In this document: in pieces, positions 1 to 6,528 of the stretch
Position numbering within the stretch: the first letter of the stretch is position 1
How the letters are laid out: the number at the start of each line of letters is the position of its first letter
Assembly: GCA_964490075.1 (NCBI GenBank)
Contig: CAZBBK010000021.1
Location: forward strand, 52,664 to 72,663
Reading direction: 5' to 3'
Length of the DNA stretch: 20,000 nt
Source of the DNA: an uncultured Gemmatimonadota bacterium
GTDB taxonomy: Bacteria; GCA-2686955
Made by a program: the position numbers and the translations under genes
The notes under the pieces: model-generated
The model's input: only the letters and a program-made list of their open reading frames with translations
The model's database searches: none
Told to the model about the DNA's origin: nothing

Positions 1-735
1 CACCGATCGGATGGCGGCCTCGAAGGCGGGGTGCGGGGGCTCGTCGAGGGCAATGCGGGCGGCGATACGCCCCCGCAGCTCGGCCCGGGCGGCCCCCAGG
101 CGCGCCGCGCCGATCGCCGGCTGCGCCGCGCTCTGGCCCATCGTCACCACCAGCAGCTGGCGCGCCACCATCTCCCGCTCCGCGGCCAATGAGAGGGTTC
201 GGTTCAGAAAGGCCAGACGGGCCAGCGGATCGTCCATGCGCTGGAACCCGTCGAAGAACTCGGCGACCTCGGAATCGAGGCGGCGCAGCCCCTCCCGGTA
301 GAGCGCCGCGCTGCGCGCCCGGTCGAGGGTGGCCAGGGCGTGGTGGCGACCGGTCTCGGGATCGAACCAGGTGTGGGCGATGCCGACGTTGCTCAGCGTC
401 TGCCCGGTGGAGACCTGCAGCCGCTCCTTCAGGTGGGTCGAGCGAACCAGCGCACCTTCGTCACCCGCGTCGCTCTCCCAGTACTGACGCACGATCTGAT
501 CCACCGCGCTGACCTCGGATTCGAAGACCATTGCGATGCGCGACACCGCCTTGCCCTTGGCCCCTTCCTCGGTGTCCGCCGAGCCGACCTCGGCGATGTA
601 GAGCTCCGAGGGGTACATCCGTCCGGGGTCCTCGATCCAGATCGGCCTGGCCTCGCCTTCGAGGCTCCAGGCGACTCCCGCGGCCAAGCAGAGGAGCAGC
701 GCGATCAGCGGGCGTGGGGTCGGTATTCTCATCAT
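1..735 (-). CDS. Secreted LPP20-family-like protein (3' end outside window)
   Basis: Not in the ORF track because it has no stop in the window. Manual translation from ATG at 735 is open to base 1: MMRIPTPRPLIALLLCLAAGVAWS (signal peptide), then RPIWIEDPGRMYPSELYIAEVGSADTEEGAKGKAVSRIAMVFESEV...HTWFDPETGRHHALATLDR, resembling the LPP20 pattern. Starts 6 bp after the stop of the upstream gene. Confidence 0.7.
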   Translation of the reverse strand, partial: MMRIPTPRPLIALLLCLAAGVAWSLEGEARPIWIEDPGRMYPSELYIAEVGSADTEEGAKGKAVSRIAMVFESEVSAVDQIVRQYWESDAGDEGALVRSTHLKERLQVSTGQTLSNVGIAHTWFDPETGRHHALATLDRARSAALYREGLRRLDSEVAEFFDGFQRMDDPLARLAFLNRTLSLAAEREMVARQLLVVTMGQSAAQPAIGAARLGAARAELRGRIAARIALDEPPHPAFEAAIRSV

Positions 736-741
736 TTCATC

Positions 742-2199
742 TCAGTTCAGGTAGACCGCTTCGACCAGGTTGAGGTCGCCCGCGCGCACCTGGTAGCCGG
801 AGATCTCCCGGCGATAGAGGACGCGACCGTCGGCGGCCAGGAAGTCGATGCGCAGGTCGTAGACTCCCGGGTCGAGCTCGAAGTCCCCGACCAGGATCTT
901 GCCGGGCAGCAGCCGCGAGCAGCGCAGATCGGCGCTCTCGGACACCTCGGTGGCTACGTCGACGGCGACCTTCGTCAGCCAGGTGCCGAGGCGGCCGCCG
1001 AGGCCGCCCCCCGATCGCTCTCCCTCGCGCGAGCTCTTGCGCTTGCGCTGCTTGGCGTCCGCCTTGCTCTTCAACCGCTCTCCCAGCAGCCCCTTGAAGA
1101 CCGCCCGGCCGACCGCCCGCAGGTAGATCAGGGACTTCCTGGCTTCGAAGGTCTCGAGGGCCACGCTGCCCACATCCTCGATCAGCCGCAGCTCTCCGAT
1201 CGGTCCCCGTTCCGAGCCGACCCGAACCCGGCGCACCGCCGAGGGCCGCGTCACGATCTGGGGGATCGAGAGCTTGAAGTAGAAGTCGACGTCGACCGGC
1301 AGGAAGACGTGGCCGTACTCCTCGCCCCGTCGCTTGCCCTCGGTGTAGAGGACCTGCACCAGGTTCAGGTCCTTGTCGGTGCGGATGCGCAGATTCAGCG
1401 CCTCCTTCACCGGCGCCAGACCGCTGAGCGCCACCACGCTGAGGAGCGAGCCGCCGCTGGCGTCGTAGCGCACCGGCGGAGGATCCCAGTGGTAGATGCG
1501 GGGCTGGTCGCGGTAGGCATCGCGCAGCTTGCGCAGATCGATCGCGGCATCGTCGGGCAGCCGATCGGCGGCGTAGAGGTGCATGCTCAGGTAGCGGGCG
1601 AAGGCATCGTTGTTGAAGCGTACTTCGGACGCACGGTAGTCGATGCCGACACCCGCGGTGTCGCTTACCGCCCCCCGGCGCAGCAGCTCGCCGGCGTCGG
1701 CGTACTTCTGCTCGAGCAGAGCCAGCTTTTCATTGGCCCGGCGGATCTCCACGAAGGCCTCGTCGAACTGATCGAGTGCCAGGTAGTTCAGTGCCATGAT
1801 CAGATTGGTGTAGAGCACCTCGTAGTCTTCGCCGGCGTACTCCAAAACATTGTCGTTCAGGAGCAGTGACGCGGCGGCGCGCGACACGCTCTTGGTGAAC
1901 AGATCTTCGGCCGCGCCCTCGGCCAGCGACAGCTTTTCGTTGCTGGAGCGGTGGTTGCCCGCGTAGTGGTGCGCCAGTCCGCAGTCCAGGTAGTAGAGCA
2001 GGCGCTCCTTGTCGGTGTACTGGCTCTGCTCCACGGCGGCGTCGATCTTTTCGATCGCGCCCACGTAGTCCTGGGAGCGCAGGTCGGCGCTGATCGGAGC
2101 GTAGAAATCCTTGCGCGTCGAAACAGATGCGCAGGAACAAAGCAGACAGAGCACGATCGGCGCCGCCGTCCACTGGGTGCGGAAGACGGTCGCTACCAC
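742..2199 (-). CDS. COG3014-like uncharacterised lipoprotein with TPR-like helical N-terminus
   Basis: 485-aa ORF; lipobox-like LLCSC; motifs ERLLYYLDCG, LLLNDNVLEYAGEDYE, DEAFVEIRRANEKL, ESADLRCSRLLP recalled from COG3014 proteins; GTG start overlaps the stop of the LpoB-family gene. Confidence 0.75.
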   Translation of the reverse strand: MVATVFRTQWTAAPIVLCLLCSCASVSTRKDFYAPISADLRSQDYVGAIEKIDAAVEQSQYTDKERLLYYLDCGLAHHYAGNHRSSNEKLSLAEGAAEDLFTKSVSRAAASLLLNDNVLEYAGEDYEVLYTNLIMALNYLALDQFDEAFVEIRRANEKLALLEQKYADAGELLRRGAVSDTAGVGIDYRASEVRFNNDAFARYLSMHLYAADRLPDDAAIDLRKLRDAYRDQPRIYHWDPPPVRYDASGGSLLSVVALSGLAPVKEALNLRIRTDKDLNLVQVLYTEGKRRGEEYGHVFLPVDVDFYFKLSIPQIVTRPSAVRRVRVGSERGPIGELRLIEDVGSVALETFEARKSLIYLRAVGRAVFKGLLGERLKSKADAKQRKRKSSREGERSGGGLGGRLGTWLTKVAVDVATEVSESADLRCSRLLPGKILVGDFELDPGVYDLRIDFLAADGRVLYRREISGYQVRAGDLNLVEAVYLN

Positions 2200-2789
2200 T
2201 TCTTGCCTTTCTGAGTGATGTACTTCTTGATCTTCTTGGTGCCGATCCAGGCCTTCTCGTTCGACTCGACGTGGATCAGCTCCAGGTCGGTCTGGTAGTA
2301 GACCGCCTTCTCCCCTTCCAGGCGATCGACCAGGGTGGCGATCGAACCGGTGAGCACGAAGTCGGAGCCGGTCTCCTGGGCCAGGCTCTTGGCGGTCTCG
2401 TCGGAGGCGTATTGCTGCTGCTCCATGCGCTCCCCACGGATCTCGTCGCGCTGCATCTGGCTGGCGACGAACTTGACCAGACCGGAGTTGATCAACTCGC
2501 GCTCCATGTCCTTGGTGAAGGTGGTCACGTCGATGTGCTCGCTGGAGCGATTGCGAATGCGGCCCACGGTGAGCACCGGCTTGTGATGCTCGCCGGCCAC
2601 GAACTCGCTGAGCCAGGGCCGGGACAGGCAGTCGGCGATCATCTCCTCGGAGACCAGCCGCGAGTCGGTGTCGTTCCAGCGACCGCTCAGATCGGTGACC
2701 GCTTCGACATCGATGCGGGTGACTTTGCGGCTCGGCCCACAGCCGACGGCGAGCAGCGCAAAGAGGGCGAAAAGGAGAGCTCTGTTCAT
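2193..2789 (-). CDS. lpoB: LpoB-family (penicillin-binding protein activator-like) lipoprotein
   Basis: Lipobox LAVGC; DLSGRWNDTDSRLVSEEMI, IRNRSSEHID, GSDFVLTGSI, YYQTDLELI..NEKAWIG typical of the family; strong RBS GGAGGA just upstream of ATG. Confidence 0.8.
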   Translation of the reverse strand: MNRALLFALFALLAVGCGPSRKVTRIDVEAVTDLSGRWNDTDSRLVSEEMIADCLSRPWLSEFVAGEHHKPVLTVGRIRNRSSEHIDVTTFTKDMERELINSGLVKFVASQMQRDEIRGERMEQQQYASDETAKSLAQETGSDFVLTGSIATLVDRLEGEKAVYYQTDLELIHVESNEKAWIGTKKIKKYITQKGKKW

Positions 2790-2893
2790 GTTTCCTCCGG
2801 ATGGATCATTCGGCCAGTGCTAGAAGGCGCCGCGCAGCGCCTGCTCGGGAATCTCGCTCGCGACACCCGCTTTCGACAAGTCGCGAGGGCGCG

Positions 2894-3787
2894 TCAAGCC
2901 CTCTTGTCCCCGTCCCACGCGAAGTAACCTTGGCCGGTCTTGCGCCCCAGCTTGCCTTCCGCCACCAAGCGCCGCAAGCTGGCCGGGATCTCGAAGGCCG
3001 GGTCGTCGGGGTAGCGCTGGCACCAGCCTTCCAGGATCGAGAGCGTGGTATCGAGCCCGACGTAGTCGGTGAGCGTGATCGGCCCCATCGGATGGCCGCA
3101 GCCGAGGCGCATCGCGGTGTCGATATCGTCGGCCGTGGCGTCGCCGCGATCGAGCAGCTGGATCGCCTGCGACATGTAGGGCACCAGCAGGCGATTGACC
3201 ACGAATCCCGGGGTGTCGCCGCAGCAGACCGGGGTCTTGCCGCAGGCCGTGCCGAAGTTCGTGGCGGCTTCGTACACCTCCGAGTCAGTAGCGGCGCTGC
3301 GCACCACCTCCACCAGCTTCATCAGCTGCACCGGATTGAAGAAGTGCAGCCCGACCATGCGTGTGGGGCGCCCCGATGCCTCGCCCATCTCGCCGATCGA
3401 GAACGAAGAGGTGTTCGAGGCGAAGATCGCCTCGGGCTTGCAGATCCCGGCCAGCTCCGCCAGCAACACCTTTTTGGCCTCGAGCTGCTCGACGATCGCC
3501 TCGATCACCAGGTCGCAGTCGGCCAGCGCGCTCTTGTCGAGCGAGGGCGTGATGCGCGCACGCGCCGCCTCGACCGAGGCGCGGGCCTCGTCCTCGCTCG
3601 CCTTGCCCTTGGCGACCGCCTTCTGCGCCAGCTTGGCGAGGCTCTTTTCGATCCGCGCGACGCCCTTGTCGAGCAGTTCCTGTCCGCTCTCGACCACCAC
3701 CACCTGGAAGCCGTTTTGCGCCGCCACCTGGACGATGCCGTGGCCCATCAGACCACATCCGACCACACCGACTCTTTCGATCTTCAT
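2894..3787 (-). CDS. 3-hydroxyacyl-CoA (3-hydroxybutyryl-CoA-like) dehydrogenase
   Basis: Rossmann motif VGVVGCGLMGHGI, EAIVE, SNTSS, GLHFFNPV, DTPGFVVNRL, GHPMGP, GKLGRKTGQG. Start moved to ATG 3787 (MKIERV) with RBS GAGGA; 297 aa. Confidence 0.93.
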   Translation of the reverse strand: MKIERVGVVGCGLMGHGIVQVAAQNGFQVVVVESGQELLDKGVARIEKSLAKLAQKAVAKGKASEDEARASVEAARARITPSLDKSALADCDLVIEAIVEQLEAKKVLLAELAGICKPEAIFASNTSSFSIGEMGEASGRPTRMVGLHFFNPVQLMKLVEVVRSAATDSEVYEAATNFGTACGKTPVCCGDTPGFVVNRLLVPYMSQAIQLLDRGDATADDIDTAMRLGCGHPMGPITLTDYVGLDTTLSILEGWCQRYPDDPAFEIPASLRRLVAEGKLGRKTGQGYFAWDGDKRA

Positions 3788-3945
3788 TGAATCCTCGATT
3801 TGTTCGTCTCTCTTGGGCCCGCCGCGCTCCGATTCCGCGAGCCTCTCGCTGGCGGTCCTCGGGGTTTTGCGTCGATCGAGCGCAGCGATCATACTCTCCT
3901 CGGCAGCCGCCTCGACAGTCCCCCCCTCTGAATCGGAACCTCCTC

Positions 3946-5172
3946 GTGCCGCAATCCCCCGGCCCCCTCGAAGGCCTGCGCGTGCTCGACCTGAGTCGCA
4001 TCCTGGCCGGTCCGAGCTGCACCCAGATGCTCGGCGATCTCGGCGCCGAGATCATCAAGGTGGAGCGTCCCGGCGCCGGCGACGACACGCGTCGCTGGGG
4101 ACCGCCCTTCCTCGCCGATCGCCACGGCCGGCCCAGCCCCGAGAGCGCTTACTTCCTGAGCGCCAACCGCAACAAGCGCTCGGTCACCATCGACCTGGCC
4201 CAGGCCGAGGGGCAGAGGCTGGCGCGCCGCCTCTTGGAGCGCTGCGACATCCTGGTGGAGAACTTCAAGGTCGGGGGATTGGCGTGCTGGGGCCTCGGCT
4301 ACGACGATCTGAAGGAGCGGCGACCGGATCTGATCTACTGCTCGATCTCCGGCTTCGGCCAGACCGGTCCCGAAGCCGCGCGCCCTGGCTACGACCTGAT
4401 GGCCCAGGCCCGCGGTGGGGTGATGAGCATCACCGGCCAGCCCGATGGACCGCCGACCAAGGTCGGCGTCGCGGTCGCCGACATCGTCTGCGGCCTTTAC
4501 GCGGCGTGCGCGATTCTGGCGGCGCTGCGGCACCGCGAGCGCAGCGGCGCCGGCCAGCACATCGATCTGGGCCTGCTCGACACCCAGGTGGCCTGGCTGG
4601 CCAACCAGGGCCTCGGCTACCTGCTCACGGGCGAGGTGCCGCGGCGCGCCGGCAACACCCACCCCCACATCGTGCCCTACGAAGTCTTCGCCACCACCGA
4701 CGGGGAGCTGGTGCTGGCGGCCGGCAACGACGAGCAATTCCGGCGCTTCTGCGCGGTCGCGGGCAAGCCCGCCCTGGCACTCGACCCGCGCTACGCGACC
4801 AACGCGGGGCGCGTGGAGCATCGCGACACCCTGGTGCCGGAGCTGCAGGCGCTGATCGCCACCCGATCGAGCGCCGAATGGCTGCGGATGCTCGATGCGG
4901 CGGGCGTCCCTTGCGGACCCGTGCAAAATATCGCACAGGTTTTCGAAGATCCGCAGGTGCAACACCGGGGCATGCGCGTCGACCTGCCCGATCCGCACCA
5001 CCCGGACCGCGAAATCCCCCAGATCGCCAATCCGATCCGCCTCTCGGAGACCCCGGTACGCTATCGTTCGCGGCCGCCCAAGTTGGGCGAGCATACGGGC
5101 GAGACGCTCACCGAGCTGGCCGGGCTCTCCCCCGCGGAGATCGCCGAGCTCAGGGGTCGCGGGGTGATCTGA
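3946..5172 (+). CDS. CaiB/BaiF family III CoA-transferase
   Basis: GPLEGLRVLDLSRILAGP, GDLGAEIIKVERPGAGDDTR, NRNKRS, VENF, SISGFGQTGP, GYD, catalytic Asp in VADIVCG, PPKLGEHT. Probable GTG start at 3946 (ORF-track N-terminal extension looks non-coding); exact start uncertain. Confidence 0.92.
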   Translation: MPQSPGPLEGLRVLDLSRILAGPSCTQMLGDLGAEIIKVERPGAGDDTRRWGPPFLADRHGRPSPESAYFLSANRNKRSVTIDLAQAEGQRLARRLLERCDILVENFKVGGLACWGLGYDDLKERRPDLIYCSISGFGQTGPEAARPGYDLMAQARGGVMSITGQPDGPPTKVGVAVADIVCGLYAACAILAALRHRERSGAGQHIDLGLLDTQVAWLANQGLGYLLTGEVPRRAGNTHPHIVPYEVFATTDGELVLAAGNDEQFRRFCAVAGKPALALDPRYATNAGRVEHRDTLVPELQALIATRSSAEWLRMLDAAGVPCGPVQNIAQVFEDPQVQHRGMRVDLPDPHHPDREIPQIANPIRLSETPVRYRSRPPKLGEHTGETLTELAGLSPAEIAELRGRGVI

Positions 5173-5613
5173 TACGCGAGGGCAGGGTCTCGACGAAGTC
5201 CCTGATCTCGTCTCGAGCCGAACGAAAGAGCGCCAGGATCTGCTCCTCGCCGCCGCGGGGTCGCGGAAGCTCCGGTGCAGGACCAGGGCCGCCCCCGTGA
5301 AGCTGGGACAGGCCTGGCCGGCGGAGTCGCAAACCGTGACGACCACATCGGGCCCCGGCGGCTCCAGGTCGTCCAGGCGCCTGGACCGTTGATTCGAGAT
5401 ATCGACCCCGACCTCTTGCATCACCCGAACGGCTCGAGGGTTCAACCCATGGGCCTCGATTCCGGCCGATAATGCCTGGTACCGACCACCCAAGAGTGCC
5501 CTGGCCCAGCCCTCGGCGATCTGGCTGCGACACGAGTTGCCGGTGCACAAAAAGAGCACTCGAACCGGTCTCCGAAACCACCTTTCCGCCACCGGTTCTG
5601 ATTGACTGTCCAT
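5150..5613 (-). pseudogene. arsC: Thioredoxin-coupled arsenate reductase (LMW-PTP fold), frameshifted near 5248-5257
   Basis: One frame from ATG 5613 gives VLFLCTGNSCRSQIAEG, SAGIEAHGLNPRAV, VVTVCD..ACP, HRSFRDP. The expected C-terminal helix GGEEQILALFRSARDEIRDFVETL is in another frame ending at TGA 5150. May be an assembly artefact. Confidence 0.85.
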
Positions 5614-5676
5614 CGTCTCAACCCCTAGGCTCGTGGCCTTTGAGCACTGTGTCCCAAGTCGCTGCTTGGAGCCGAT

Positions 5677-6030
5677 ATGTCTGAGAATCTCGCGCTGGTG
5701 TTGTTCGTCATCGCGGCGGCCGGCGTGGCCGCGTTCATGATGGGAACCGCGGTCTTCCTGGGGCCGAAGCGGCGTCACCGGGTCAAGGACCAGCCCTTCG
5801 CCTGCGGCGGGCTCACCGACCCCTATCCCGGTGAGCAGTTCCCGGTCCGATTCTACCTGGTGGCGATGCTCTTCATCCTCTTCGATATCGAGGTGCTCTT
5901 CCTCTACTTCTGGGGAGTGATCTTCCGCGACCTCGGGCTTCCCGGTCTCTACGAGGTCCTGCTCTTCATCGGCGTCCTGGGCGCCGGTCTGGCCTATGTC
6001 TGGCGGCGAGGTGCGTTGCGATGGGTCTGA
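5677..6030 (+). CDS. nuoA: NADH-quinone oxidoreductase subunit A
   Basis: 117 aa, three hydrophobic helices, VRFYLVAMLFILFDIE, YVWRRGALRW; GGAG RBS; first gene of the nuo series. Confidence 0.95.
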   Translation: MSENLALVLFVIAAAGVAAFMMGTAVFLGPKRRHRVKDQPFACGGLTDPYPGEQFPVRFYLVAMLFILFDIEVLFLYFWGVIFRDLGLPGLYEVLLFIGVLGAGLAYVWRRGALRWV

Positions 6031-6509
6031 TCCAGTCTTCGATCGAGGCACTTTCGGGGTCGGTGGCGCTCGCCAAGCTCGACGATCTCCTCGGCTGGGC
6101 CCGCAAGTACTCCATCTTCCAATATCCCTTCATCACCGCCTGCTGCGGCATGGAGTACATGTCCGCCGCCTGCTCCCACTACGATGTGGACCGTTTCGGC
6201 GCCGGCCTCACGCGCTTCTCCCCGCGCCAGGCCGACGTGCTCTTCGTGGTCGGCACCATCACCCACAAGCAAGCCCCCTACTTGCTGCGCGTCTATCAAC
6301 AGATTTGCGAACCGAAGTGGGTGGTGGCCTTCGGGGCCTGCGTGATCGGCGGCGGCCCCTATGAGAACTATGCCGCGGTGCAGGGGATCGACAAGATCAT
6401 CCCAGTCGATCTCTACATTCCCGGGTGCCCCCCGCGCCCAGAGGCGGTTCTCGACGGACTGATCAAGCTGCAAGAGAAGATTCAGAAAGCGCCCCACGGG
6501 CGTGTGTAG
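6021..6509 (+). CDS. nuoB: NADH-quinone oxidoreductase subunit B
   Basis: TACCGME, DRFG, RFSPRQAD, EPKWVVAFGAC, IPVDLYIPGCPPRPE (N2 cluster ligands). Confidence 0.96.
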   Translation: MGLIQSSIEALSGSVALAKLDDLLGWARKYSIFQYPFITACCGMEYMSAACSHYDVDRFGAGLTRFSPRQADVLFVVGTITHKQAPYLLRVYQQICEPKWVVAFGACVIGGGPYENYAAVQGIDKIIPVDLYIPGCPPRPEAVLDGLIKLQEKIQKAPHGRV

Positions 6510-6528
6510 CAGCCATCCGAGGTAATCC

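Noticed and set aside
340..1869. 509-aa plus-strand ORF
   Set aside because: Antisense shadow of the lipoprotein genes; no motifs; expected in GC-rich DNA.
3195..5300. 701-aa plus-strand ORF
   Set aside because: Antisense to the dehydrogenase and off-frame to the CoA-transferase; Arg/Pro/Ser-rich with no motifs.
5654..5669. CCAAG/CTTGG hairpin overlapping the nuoA RBS
   Set aside because: Only 5 bp of stem; expected by chance.
3889..6051. 720-aa minus-strand ORF as one protein
   Set aside because: Only about 5250-5613 is real (arsC); the rest is antisense to nuoA and the CoA-transferase, joined by the frameshift.
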